This document shows positions 1 to 10,279 of a DNA stretch of 64,000 bases, in pieces. The stretch is taken from positions 23,243 to 87,242 of the forward strand of contig JAGWLA010000003.1 in NCBI GenBank assembly GCA_028865095.1, written 5' to 3'. Position 1 is the first letter of the stretch; each line of letters starts with the position of its first letter. The position numbers and the translations under genes are program-made. The notes under the pieces were generated by a model. It was not told the DNA's origin. It made no database searches and was given only the letters and a program-made list of their open reading frames with translations. This stretch comes from Patescibacteria group bacterium. GTDB lineage: Bacteria > Patescibacteriota > Minisyncoccia > Phycocordibacterales > PALSA-1337.

Positions 1-469
1 ATGATGAGCATGACGGTCGGCAGGCGGGTCTTTTCGTTCTTCATGAGGGCGCATTATAGCATGACCTTTGGAAAGGCGGCGAGAGCGGCCAGAAGGACAC
101 TTCGCAGGAAATTCCCAGCAGGGAATTTCCGAGACGTAGCGCGGGCCCTGCAGGGCCCGACGCGCGTCCTGAAGGCCGGCTCTCGCCGCCTTTCACTGCG
201 TATTTGCATATGCGACGACGCCCCTCGCTAGGAGGGGCGTCGCGCCATAGGGTAGGCTCGGCTCGATGAGTTGGAGAAAGATACCGAAATATAAGGTGGG
301 TCTGGATGCGGACGATGCCGCAGTTTGATCGACCCTTGTGATATAGGTTAAGGATCTTCTCCCTCACCGAACGAACCTAGGGTAATTCTGACTCTTCATA
401 CGGATAAGTCAATATAGCCACGGGGAAAGAGCAGGGGAAAAATTGTGGATAACGCCCTAAAACTGTTGA

Positions 470-1780
<1,311 letters not shown>

Positions 1781-1836
1781 TTAATCGTCCAGTAGGAGGC
1801 TATTATAGGATACTTCCCGCTTTTCTCAAAAAGCCG

Positions 1837-3009
1837 TCACCGGGTGTCCCGGATCGCCGCTGCGGGGATGAGCGCCAGGAGCGAGACCGCGCCGATGATG
1901 GCGAACATCCACTGGCTCGACACGAAGAGCAGGCCTACGATGCCGATGAGCGGCCCTGTGAAGTATGACACTGGGCGGGTGATGCGGAAGACCCCCAAAG
2001 CGGCCGAATCCCGCGGAGAGACCGTCTTGAAGAAGTACGTCTCCATCATGATCTCCGCCGCCGCCGCGCCGATGCGCGTCACCGCCAGGGCCGCCGCCCA
2101 GACGATCACGCTCTGCGCTCCGAGGAACGCCAGCCCTATCGTCGACAGGCCCATCAGAGCGAAGCCCGCGGCCATGGTCCGCTTCTCGCCGAAGCCCGCG
2201 TCCGAGAGCTTGCCGAGCGGATATTGGATGAGCGGGAAGGGAAGGAGCATGACGATGAGCACTACGCCGATCTCTTCCCAGCTGAAGCCGATCGTCTGGT
2301 GGAGGTAGATCGGGGTGTAGACCGTCATCCAGGCGTAGAATGTCTGCAGGAGGATGTTGGCCGAGAAGAGCTTGATCCAGTCCTTGTTATGGGCCACGTG
2401 CCGCACCAGCTGGACCGGCGAGAGGTGGGTGTAGCTCGGGTCCCGGAAGCGCGGGAAATTGCGGTATATGAGGTAGAGGAGCGGCAGGAGCATGGCCAGC
2501 GCCGCGATATAGGTGTTCCGATAGTCGTTCGTCCCGTTGATGAGCATCGTGCCGATGAGCGGCGCCATGACCCATGACGCGTTCAGAGTCGCCGTGTAGA
2601 GGCCGCGCACGGTGCCCACCGAATGCCCGTCGGTATAGACTTCCAGGAATATGTCCAGGGTCAGGCCGATCAGGGCCACCACGGCCGTCTGCAGGACGAA
2701 GCACGCCGCGATGACCAGCGGCGACTGCGCCACGATCAGCCCGTAGAAGAGCGCGGCCTGGGCGGCGATGAGCCATATGGCCATCTTATAGTTCCCGAGC
2801 CGCCTGATGAGCGGCGGCGCCAGGAGGAAGCCGAGGATGGTCATGGCGGCGCCCACCATATATATGTAGCCCACGGTCCGCTCGTCGGCGAACAGCTCCA
2901 GGAAGCTGGAGTTGGAATACATCGGGATGACCAGATGCAGGGTGTATATGAAGCCGATGATGGCGATGGTATATACGGCGTGCGCCTTCGGCAGGACCCG
3001 CTGATTCAT
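1837..3009 (-). CDS. MFS-type transporter (12-TM membrane protein)
   Basis: Hydrophobic multi-TM ORF with MFS-like organisation. The start was chosen at the internal Met (MNQRVLP, ATG complement at 3007-3009) to leave a divergent promoter gap with rpmE. The track ORF extends to 3087. Confidence 0.7.
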   Translation of the reverse strand: MNQRVLPKAHAVYTIAIIGFIYTLHLVIPMYSNSSFLELFADERTVGYIYMVGAAMTILGFLLAPPLIRRLGNYKMAIWLIAAQAALFYGLIVAQSPLVIAACFVLQTAVVALIGLTLDIFLEVYTDGHSVGTVRGLYTATLNASWVMAPLIGTMLINGTNDYRNTYIAALAMLLPLLYLIYRNFPRFRDPSYTHLSPVQLVRHVAHNKDWIKLFSANILLQTFYAWMTVYTPIYLHQTIGFSWEEIGVVLIVMLLPFPLIQYPLGKLSDAGFGEKRTMAAGFALMGLSTIGLAFLGAQSVIVWAAALAVTRIGAAAAEIMMETYFFKTVSPRDSAALGVFRITRPVSYFTGPLIGIVGLLFVSSQWMFAIIGAVSLLALIPAAAIRDTR

Positions 3010-3086
3010 CGCGCTATTATAGCAGAAGCGGAGCCGGAACGGCGCCAGTTGCGCTCTTCTCCGTCTCGTGATAGATTTGTCAGGCA

Positions 3087-3353
3087 ATGAAAAAGGACAT
3101 CCACCCCCAGGATTATCGCCTCGTCATCTTCGCCGACAATTCCAGCGGCGCCAAATTCCTCATGCCTTCCACTATCGCCGCCAAAGAGACGGCTACATGG
3201 GAGGACGGCAAGGAATATCCTGTCCACTACGTCGAGATCTCCAGCGCCTCGCATCCTTTCTACACCAACCAGGAAAAGACCATCGACACCGCCGGCCGCG
3301 TCGAGAAGTTCAAGAACCGCATGGCCAAGGCTACCGCCAAGGCCAAGAAATAG
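3087..3353 (+). CDS. rpmE: 50S ribosomal protein L31 (type B, no CxxC zinc motif)
   Basis: 88-aa ORF '[24 protein letters not shown]...' is typical L31 and ends in a Lys/Ala-rich tail. Confidence 0.9.
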   Translation: MKKDIHPQDYRLVIFADNSSGAKFLMPSTIAAKETATWEDGKEYPVHYVEISSASHPFYTNQEKTIDTAGRVEKFKNRMAKATAKAKK

Positions 3354-3437
3354 GTCCTGACAGGGGAAGATCGCGCCACAGGCGCGGTTTTTACTGTCGG
3401 GACTGTTTATAGCGTATACTTATATCGATATAGAGCC

Positions 3438-4430
3438 ATGGACCTCGAAGGATACAAAACGAACCCCAAGACCGCCTTCCTCGCCTCTGCGTACGAGAAG
3501 CTCCTCGCCGACGAGAAGGAGACGCTGGCCCTCGCCGCCGACCCCGCCATGAAGGAGATGGCCGACCACGAGCTCGCGTCCATCGTCGAGCAGAAGAAGC
3601 TCCTCCAGGAGCAGATGGATTCCATCCTGGCCGGAGACAAGGAGGAAGAAGGCGCGGCCCCCAACGAGCTCATCCTCGAAGTCCGGGCCGGCGCCGGCGG
3701 CGACGAAGCGGCCCTGTTCGCCGCCGAGCTCCTCGGCATGTACAAGCGCTATGCCGAATCCAAAGGCTGGTCGGCCAAGATCATCGACGAATCCAAGAAC
3801 GACCTCGGCGGCTACAAGGAAGCCTCGATGGAAGTGAAAGGGAAGGGGGCGTACGACGACCTGCGCTGGGAGACCGGCGTCCACCGCGTCCAGCGCGTGC
3901 CCGAGACCGAGAAGTCGGGGCGCATCCATACCTCCACCGCTTCGGTGGCCATCATGCCCATCCGCACCAAGTCCAAGATCGTCGTCAATCCCGCCGACAT
4001 CGAGATCGAGTTCTCCCGCTCCGGCGGCAAAGGCGGCCAGAACGTCAACAAGGTGGAGACCGCCGTCCGCCTCTTCCATAAGCCGTCCGGCATCATGATC
4101 CGCTCCACCGCCGAGCGCAGCCAGAACTCGAACAAAGAGCGCGCCATGCAGATTCTTATCGCCAAGCTCGAGGTCCTCAAGGAAGAGGAGGACGTGAAGC
4201 GCTTCGCCGCCGAGCGCAAGGTCCAGATCGGCACCGGCGACCGCTCCGAGAAGATCCGCACCTATAACTTCCCGCAGGACCGCATCACCGACCACCGCAT
4301 CAAGCAGTCCTGGCATAACATCCCTTCCATCCTCGAAGGCAAGATCGGCCCCATCATCGAGGCCCTCCATGAGTTCGAGAAGGCCGGCGCTTCTGTCGCC
4401 GCCGGGGCCCCCGATCCTTCCGAGGTCTGA
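3438..4430 (+). CDS. prfA: Peptide chain release factor 1
   Basis: The GGQ motif ('[18 protein letters not shown]') and the RF1-type '[17 protein letters not shown]' (PxT-class tripeptide region) are present. At 330 aa it is slightly short. Confidence 0.85.
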   Translation: MDLEGYKTNPKTAFLASAYEKLLADEKETLALAADPAMKEMADHELASIVEQKKLLQEQMDSILAGDKEEEGAAPNELILEVRAGAGGDEAALFAAELLGMYKRYAESKGWSAKIIDESKNDLGGYKEASMEVKGKGAYDDLRWETGVHRVQRVPETEKSGRIHTSTASVAIMPIRTKSKIVVNPADIEIEFSRSGGKGGQNVNKVETAVRLFHKPSGIMIRSTAERSQNSNKERAMQILIAKLEVLKEEEDVKRFAAERKVQIGTGDRSEKIRTYNFPQDRITDHRIKQSWHNIPSILEGKIGPIIEALHEFEKAGASVAAGAPDPSEV

Positions 4431-4443
4431 TATAATCCCTCCA

Positions 4444-5751
4444 ATGAAGGAGATGGAGACAGGCCGCACGAGACGGACCGCATTCGGCAGGCTCTTGCGC
4501 ATCCTCGGGCCCGGCCTCATCACCGGCGCCGCCGACGACGACCCGTCCGGCATCGCCACCTATTCGCAGACCGGCGCTCAGTTCGGCTACGGCCAGCTCT
4601 GGGTGTCCCTCTATGCGCTGCCGCTCATGGTGGCGGTCCAGGAAGCTTGCGCCCGGATAGGCAAAGTGACGGGCAAAGGCATCATCGCCGTGGTCAAGGA
4701 GCATTACGGCAAGAAGATAGCCGTCGCCGCCGTCCTCCTCGTGCTGGTCGCCAATACGGTCAACATCGGGGCGGACATCGGCGCCATGGCGTCCGCCCTC
4801 CGCTTGGTCGTCCCCGTCGGCTTCGTCCCTGCCACTCTCGGCTTCACCGCCTTGATGCTCGTCCTCCAGATATTCATGTCGTACCGCAGGTACGCCCGCA
4901 TCCTGAAATGGCTGGCCCTCTCCATGCTCTCCTACGTAGCCACCGCCCTCATCATCAAAGAGCCGTGGGGAGAGCTCGCCCGCGCAACCTTCGTGCCCCA
5001 TATCTCGCTTTCGTTCCCGTTCCTCTTCATCATCGTCGGCGTGATCGGCACCACCATATCCCCGTACATGTTCTTCTGGGAAGCGGATGAAGAGGTCGAA
5101 GAAGAGCGGGCCAAGCATACCGGCAAAGGCGCCGACGGCCGGCCCCTCGTCACCCGCGACGGGGTCCGCCGGATGCGCTGGGACAACTTCCTCGGCATGC
5201 TCACGTCCAACATCGTCACCTGGTGCATCATCGTCACCGCGTCGACCGTGCTCTTCAGCCACGGGGTCACGGATGTCGCCACCGCCGCCGACGCGGCCAA
5301 AGCCCTCGAGCCGCTCGTCGACACCTTCCCGAATGCCGGCTTCCTGGCCAAAGCCCTCTTCGCGTCCGGCATCATAGGCCTCGGCCTGCTGGCGGTGCCC
5401 GTCCTCTCGAGCTCCGCCTCGTACGCCGTCGCGGAAGCGTTCGACTGGCGCGCCAGCCTCAACTTCAAATTGAAGCGCGCCCACGGCTTCTACGGCGTCA
5501 TCACCATCGCCACGGTCATCGGCCTGCTCATCGATTTCGTCGGCATCGACCCGATCAAGGCCCTGGTCGTCACCGCCGTCATCAACGGCCTGATCGCCGT
5601 GCCCCTCATATTCCTCATCGCCCGCATCGCCAACAGCCGCTCCATCATGGGGCAGTGGAAGAGCGGCTGGGCCTCGAATATCTTCGTCTGGCTGACGTTC
5701 GCCGTCATGGCCGCCGCCGCCGTCGCCATGCTGGCGTCGGCCCGTCTCTGA
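4444..5751 (+). CDS. mntH: Nramp-family divalent metal (Mn2+/Fe2+) transporter
   Basis: The Nramp signature 'GPGLITGAADDDPSGIATYSQ' is followed by a multi-TM body. The start was set at MKEMETGR (ATG 4444), inside the longer track ORF. Confidence 0.85.
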   Translation: MKEMETGRTRRTAFGRLLRILGPGLITGAADDDPSGIATYSQTGAQFGYGQLWVSLYALPLMVAVQEACARIGKVTGKGIIAVVKEHYGKKIAVAAVLLVLVANTVNIGADIGAMASALRLVVPVGFVPATLGFTALMLVLQIFMSYRRYARILKWLALSMLSYVATALIIKEPWGELARATFVPHISLSFPFLFIIVGVIGTTISPYMFFWEADEEVEEERAKHTGKGADGRPLVTRDGVRRMRWDNFLGMLTSNIVTWCIIVTASTVLFSHGVTDVATAADAAKALEPLVDTFPNAGFLAKALFASGIIGLGLLAVPVLSSSASYAVAEAFDWRASLNFKLKRAHGFYGVITIATVIGLLIDFVGIDPIKALVVTAVINGLIAVPLIFLIARIANSRSIMGQWKSGWASNIFVWLTFAVMAAAAVAMLASARL

Positions 5752-5763
5752 TCCGCGCTCTTG

Positions 5764-5835
5764 TGCCCCCGGCAGGAATCGAACCTACAACCACTCCTTA
5801 GGACGGAGTTGTTATATCCATTTAACTACGGGGGC
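5764..5835 (-). tRNA. tRNA-Arg (anticodon CCU)
   Basis: Folded by hand: acceptor GCCCCCG/CGGGGGC, D-stem GTTA/TAAC, anticodon stem ACTCC/GGAGT with loop GTCCTAA (CCT), T-arm GTAGG-TTCGATT-CCTGC. CCA is not encoded. Confidence 0.85.
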
Positions 5836-5893
5836 GTTGCCTAGAGACTAGCACACTTTCCCGGGGGAGATAAATCTGCTATAGTCATCCCCG

Positions 5894-6175
5894 ATGACCC
5901 CTGAAGACCGCGCCGAACTCGATCTCGTGCGCAAGATGGTCGAGGAGAACAACGACATCCTCCGCGGCCTCCGGCGCTCCAACCGCATCACCACGGTCAT
6001 GCGCGTCCTCTACTGGGTCGTCATCGTCGGCCTGTCGTTCGGCGCCTTCTATCTCGTCCAGCCGTACTTCGCGCTCCTGACCGGCATCAGCGGCACCGGC
6101 GGGCAGGGAGGCATCCCCAGCCTCCAGCAGACCCAGGCCGCCGCCCAGTCTCTGAAGCAGCTTCTCAATCAGTGA
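5894..6175 (+). CDS. Hypothetical small membrane protein (93 aa, one central TM)
   Basis: ORF between two tRNA genes with host-like codon usage and a hydrophobic core 'VLYWVVIVGLSFGAFYLV'. No recognisable family. Confidence 0.45.
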   Translation: MTPEDRAELDLVRKMVEENNDILRGLRRSNRITTVMRVLYWVVIVGLSFGAFYLVQPYFALLTGISGTGGQGGIPSLQQTQAAAQSLKQLLNQ

Positions 6176-6185
6176 ACCCCTATAC

Positions 6186-6258
6186 GCCGAGGTAGCTCAG
6201 TTGGTAGAGCATTCCCCTGAAGAGGGAAGGGTCACCAGTTCGATCCTGGTCCTCGGCA
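6186..6258 (+). tRNA. tRNA-Phe (anticodon GAA)
   Basis: GCCGAGG-TA-GCTCAGTTGGTAGAGC-A-TTCCC-CTGAAGA-GGGAA-GGGTC-ACCAG-TTCGATC-CTGGT-CCTCGGC-A gives a canonical cloverleaf with anticodon GAA. Confidence 0.9.
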
Positions 6259-6400
6259 CCCGAATACCCCTTGACTTTTTGTCAGTTTTGATATACAATA
6301 CTCACGTTAACAGATTTAATCAGCCTCATTCCGTGATAGCGCTCTGTTGAGCCGTATATCATCGGCTCACGGAGAGCGGCCATCCGGATACGGCATCAAC

Positions 6401-7735
6401 ATGAAGAATAGCTTCAAAAAGTCCACTCTCGCTCTCGGAGCCGCGCTGGCGGTCATGGCGCTCATGCTGGTCGCCGGATCGTTCCCCGCTTCGGCTCACG
6501 CGGGCTATTACTATGACGGCGGCTACTATGGCGGCTACTACAACCATGTCCCGACGAGCGGCTATTACTACTCGCCGACCGCCTACGATTCCAATCCGAC
6601 CTACTATTATTATCAGCAGCCGGTCTACACCCCCGTCTATACTCCGGTCTATACCTATACGTACCCGACCCTGACGGCTTCGTGCTACCCGACGAGCTCG
6701 TCCATCCAGACCGGCTCCTCGGTCCAGTGGGTGGCTTCCGTCTCGGGCGGCACCGGCTCCTATTCGTACAGCTGGTCAGGCACGGATAGCCTCTATGGCT
6801 ATGGCTCGTCCATATACAAGGCGTATTACAGCGCCGGTTGGAAGACCGCTTCGGTCATCGTGACCTCCGGCAGCCAGACCGCCAACGTATCCTGCGGCAG
6901 CGGCGTCAATGTCTATGCCCCGACGTATTATTACAACTATCCCACGACCTATTACGGCGGCTACTCGTACGCCCCGCTCTCGGTGTCGTGCTCGGCTAAC
7001 ACCGCTTCCGCTCCGGTCGGCTCGACCGTGACCTGGAATGCCTATGCCACCGGCGGCACCGGCTCCTATTCGTACAGCTGGTCAGGCACCGACGGCCTCT
7101 ACAGCTCGGCCAATTCCGGCACGGCTGCCTCGTACACGTATTCCGCCCCGGGCGTCAAGACCGCGTCGGTGACCGTCTATTCCGGCGGGCAGACCATGAC
7201 CCAGAGCTGCTCGAATTCCGTGTCGATCGGGGGAGGCTATGCGGCCGTCTCGGCCTCGCCCTCGAACAATGCCGGCCTCGATATCGGCTGCTACGCCGAC
7301 CCTTCGACAGCTTCCGTCAATCAGCCCGTGACCTGGAATGTCGAAGTCACCGGCGGCCAGGCTCCGTATAAGTACAGCTGGACCGGCAGCGACGGCCTCG
7401 TCGGCAGCTCCAAGACCGCCATCAAGTACTATCAGACGTCCGGAAGCAAGAGCGCCATCGTCACGGTCACGTCCGCCGACGGCCTCTCCGGCACCCAGGC
7501 GTGCTCGAACAGCCTGACTGTCAGGAGCTCCTATAGCTCGGGCAGCTCCGCTCCGACCCACGCGGCCTCCCAGCCGGCCCAGCAGCCGGCCCAGCAGCAG
7601 GCCCCGGTCACCGGCCAGTCGGCTGCCTCCTTCTTCTCGCTCGACAACGTCCCGTGGGGATGGGTCGCGATCATGGTGATCGTCCTCCTCTTCGGCACGG
7701 TCATGTACCTTCTCTTCAATAAGCCGAAGATGTAA
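6401..7735 (+). CDS. Secreted or cell-surface protein with a Tyr/Gly-rich region, three to four SprB/Ig-like 'GGTGSYSYSWSG' repeats and a C-terminal TM anchor
   Basis: Signal peptide MKNSFKKSTLALGAALAVMALMLVAGSFPASAHA. Repeated units carry '...TW..A..GGTGSYSYSWSGTDGLY...' followed by a conserved Cys. A Gln/Pro-rich linker leads to the terminal hydrophobic helix 'WVAIMVIVLLFGTVMYLLF'. Confidence 0.6.
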   Translation: MKNSFKKSTLALGAALAVMALMLVAGSFPASAHAGYYYDGGYYGGYYNHVPTSGYYYSPTAYDSNPTYYYYQQPVYTPVYTPVYTYTYPTLTASCYPTSSSIQTGSSVQWVASVSGGTGSYSYSWSGTDSLYGYGSSIYKAYYSAGWKTASVIVTSGSQTANVSCGSGVNVYAPTYYYNYPTTYYGGYSYAPLSVSCSANTASAPVGSTVTWNAYATGGTGSYSYSWSGTDGLYSSANSGTAASYTYSAPGVKTASVTVYSGGQTMTQSCSNSVSIGGGYAAVSASPSNNAGLDIGCYADPSTASVNQPVTWNVEVTGGQAPYKYSWTGSDGLVGSSKTAIKYYQTSGSKSAIVTVTSADGLSGTQACSNSLTVRSSYSSGSSAPTHAASQPAQQPAQQQAPVTGQSAASFFSLDNVPWGWVAIMVIVLLFGTVMYLLFNKPKM

Positions 7736-7800
7736 GCGGAAGGGAAGGCGCGGGTGCGAGTCTCCAAATATAAGGTCTAACCCCGGATGAGCATCCGGCA

Positions 7801-7826
7801 AAAGCCCCCGAAAGGGGCTTTTGTGT
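7801..7826 (+). terminator. Rho-independent terminator after the surface-protein gene
   Basis: aaagcccc-cgaaa-ggggcttt hairpin followed by ttgtgtct. Confidence 0.55.
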
Positions 7827-7829
7827 CTA

Positions 7830-7859
7830 TTGACATTTGTTATGATATTATGTTATAAT
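7830..7859 (+). promoter_or_regulatory. Near-consensus sigma-70 promoter (TTGACA-N18-TATAAT)
   Basis: ttgaca (7830-7835), spacer tttgttatgatattatgt, tataat (7854-7859), inside an AT-rich island in otherwise GC-rich DNA. Confidence 0.6.
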
Positions 7860-7981
7860 ATAAAGGCAGTACGTTGATAAGATTTCAGTTCCTCAACCGA
7901 TATGGCGCCCGCGAGCGCCATCGCAAATCGAAAGATATCGCGCGGCGGCTCACCGGATAAAGAGCAAAGGAAAGGAAAGTT

Positions 7982-8170
7982 ATGGCAAAAGCATACATGC
8001 CGCAAGCAGAGGTCAGCGGACAAAAACCAGTCGTCGTCCGTGTCATCGTGCAGGATGACGACACCTTCACCATTCCGGTGACCGCGACGCCCGGGGCGCT
8101 GATGTTCAATCAGTGGGGCGCCTATATGGGGCATGTCCCCACTCGGGCGGAGATCGTGGCCTCGAATTGA
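7982..8170 (+). CDS. Hypothetical small protein (62 aa)
   Basis: Strong SD aaaggaaaggaaagtt precedes the ATG. It lies downstream of the consensus promoter and a leader of about 115 nt containing a perfect hairpin (atggcgc-ccgcga-gcgccat). No known family. Confidence 0.4.
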   Translation: MAKAYMPQAEVSGQKPVVVRVIVQDDDTFTIPVTATPGALMFNQWGAYMGHVPTRAEIVASN

Positions 8171-8243
8171 GCGTCACACCAAAGAGCACAACGGACCTGA
8201 CGATAGTCGGGTCCGTTTATTTGCATGCTCGCCAAATCTGTCG

Positions 8244-10010
8244 TCAGGCTTTCCTCTCTTCGATCTCCGCCTTGAGCCGCTTCAGGATGTCGTCGATGGG
8301 AAGCTGGCCGATCTGGCCGTGGTCGCGGCTCTCGAGGGTGGCTTTGCCGGCGGCGATGTCCTTCTCGCCGATGATGATGGTGTAGGGGACGCGGGACGTC
8401 TTGGCGTTGCGGATCTTCTTGCCGAAGCTGTCGTTCGACAGGTCGATGTCGGAGCGGATGCCGGCTGCCCGCAGGGCGGCGTGGGCCTTCCCGGCCGCTT
8501 CGGCATGGGCTTCGGCGACGGGGATGACCACGGCCTGGACAGGCGAGAGCCAGAGAGGGAAGCTCCCGGCTGTATGCTCGATGAGGATGGACATGAAGCG
8601 CTCGATCGAGCCCATGATGGCGGCGTGGATCATGACGATCCGCTCCTCCTGGCCCTTCTCATTGGTGCAGGACAGGCCGAAGCGCTCCGGCATATTCATG
8701 TCGAGCTGGACGGTGGCCACTTGCCAGCGCCGGCCGAGCGAATCGTCGGCCATGAAGTCGAGCTTCGGGCCGTAGAAAGCGGCTTCCCCAACCCCTTCGT
8801 AATAGTCGGCTTTCTTCTCTACGGCGATCTCGCGCAAAGCGGCTTCGGCGCTCTTCCAGACCTCGGCGCCGCCGAGATACTTCTCGGGGCGGGCGGGGTC
8901 ATGGAGCGAGAGCCGCAGCTTCAGAGAGAAGCCGAACGTGCTATAGAACGAATGGATGATGTCCCAGACCTTCAGGAATTCCTCCTTGACCTGGCTCGAC
9001 CGGCAGAAGACGTGGGCGTCGTCCTGGGCGAAAGCTCGGACGCGGGAGAGGCCCGAGAGCTCGCCTGATTGCTCGTCGCGGTAGCAGACCGTCGTATTGG
9101 CATAGCGCTGGGGAAGCTCGCGGTAGCTCCATTTCTTGCGGGCGAAGATCTGGGTGTGATGCGGGCAATTCATGGGCTTCATGGCGAACTCGTGGCCTTC
9201 GCGGGTGGTGATGCGGAAGAGCTCGTCCTTGAATTTATCCCAGTGCCCGCTCGTCTCGTAGAGCTCTTTCTTGGTGATGTGCGGGATCTCGACTTTCTCA
9301 TAGCCGGCGGCGCGGCGGAGCTCCCAGACGTAATCGTCGAGCAGGTTCCTGACGAGGGTGCCGCGAGGGGTCCAGAGCGGCAAGCCCGACCCGACCAGAT
9401 CGGAGAACGCGAAGAGGTCGAGCTCGCGGCCGAGCTTCTTATGGTCGCGCTTCTCAGCCTCGGCGAGCATGGCTTCGTAGGCTTTCAGCTCGTCGGCGGT
9501 GTCGAACGCCAGGCCGTATATGCGGGTGAGCATGGCGTTCTTCTCGTCGCCGCGCCAATAGGCGCCGGCGAGGCGGGAGAGCTTGAAGGAGTCGGGGGCG
9601 ATGTCGGCTGCGGGATTTGTGGTGTGGCCTCCTCTGCAGAGATCCTCGAAATCACCGGCTTTATAAAACGTGATTTTCTCTCCCCTTGATATGATCTCAT
9701 CTATCAGCTCATGTTTATATCTGTTTTCCCCGGCCCAACTCTTCGCTTCGTCGATCGATACTTCACGATGAGAAAATTCTTTCCATGAGGGAAGGATCTT
9801 GCGCATCTTCTTCTCGATATCTTTCAAATCATCAGCCGTCGGTTTCTTGTTGCCTCCAAAATCCATATCATAATAAAATCCATTATCAATCGCAGGCCCG
9901 ATGGCCAATCTGACCAGGGCTCCGTCTTTCTCGTATAGGTCTTTTACGGCCGCCGCCAGGAGGTGGGCGAGGGTATGGCGCTTATGTTCGAGGGAAAGGG
10001 GGTCTTTCAT
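8244..10010 (-). CDS. thrS: Threonyl-tRNA synthetase, N-terminally truncated form (no TGS domain)
   Basis: Class II core 'KPMNCPHHTQIF', 'RVRAFAQDDAHVFC', an editing-domain HxxxH ('HTLAHLL') and 'CRGGH', plus a C-terminal anticodon-binding domain. 588 aa. Confidence 0.9.
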   Translation of the reverse strand: MKDPLSLEHKRHTLAHLLAAAVKDLYEKDGALVRLAIGPAIDNGFYYDMDFGGNKKPTADDLKDIEKKMRKILPSWKEFSHREVSIDEAKSWAGENRYKHELIDEIISRGEKITFYKAGDFEDLCRGGHTTNPAADIAPDSFKLSRLAGAYWRGDEKNAMLTRIYGLAFDTADELKAYEAMLAEAEKRDHKKLGRELDLFAFSDLVGSGLPLWTPRGTLVRNLLDDYVWELRRAAGYEKVEIPHITKKELYETSGHWDKFKDELFRITTREGHEFAMKPMNCPHHTQIFARKKWSYRELPQRYANTTVCYRDEQSGELSGLSRVRAFAQDDAHVFCRSSQVKEEFLKVWDIIHSFYSTFGFSLKLRLSLHDPARPEKYLGGAEVWKSAEAALREIAVEKKADYYEGVGEAAFYGPKLDFMADDSLGRRWQVATVQLDMNMPERFGLSCTNEKGQEERIVMIHAAIMGSIERFMSILIEHTAGSFPLWLSPVQAVVIPVAEAHAEAAGKAHAALRAAGIRSDIDLSNDSFGKKIRNAKTSRVPYTIIIGEKDIAAGKATLESRDHGQIGQLPIDDILKRLKAEIEERKA

Positions 10011-10044
10011 GGGGTTTGGGTCTGGTGGTTAAGGGGTAAATGGA

Positions 10045-10260
10045 TCGAGAACGGAAACGGCAAACGCCCTGACGAGATCGCGATGATCCGCCGCATGGCT
10101 GATCGTGATCTCATCAGGGCGATCGAGGGACCGCGGTTCCACCTGATTTCCCGCCGAGGGGCGGGCGCTCATTGGACGGATTGGTGCCCTTCGGGCCTCG
10201 GCTGCGCCGATCGCGGGTGGTGGCCGCGACGTTCTCCGCTCAGCGAATGGTACCGCGCCC
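10045..10260 (-). promoter_or_regulatory. Candidate T-box riboswitch leader of thrS
   Basis: The minus-strand leader contains AGGUGGAACCGCGG (10144-10131, matching the T-box core AGGGUGGNACCGCGG as I recall it at about 12 of 14 positions). Directly downstream is a long terminator-like hairpin (arms 10121-10114 and 10072-10065), then UUUGCCGUUUCC about 55 nt before the start codon. ACC (Thr) triplets lie upstream. Confidence 0.4.
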
Positions 10261-10279
10261 GCCCAAGCGTGGCAAGCTA

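Noticed and set aside
3420-5484. Long minus-strand ORFs (379 aa, 376 aa and others) overlapping prfA and mntH
   Set aside because: They are antisense to genes with clear homology (RF1 GGQ, Nramp signature). Their translations are Gly/Arg/Asp-rich and low-complexity, typical of high-GC antisense frames.
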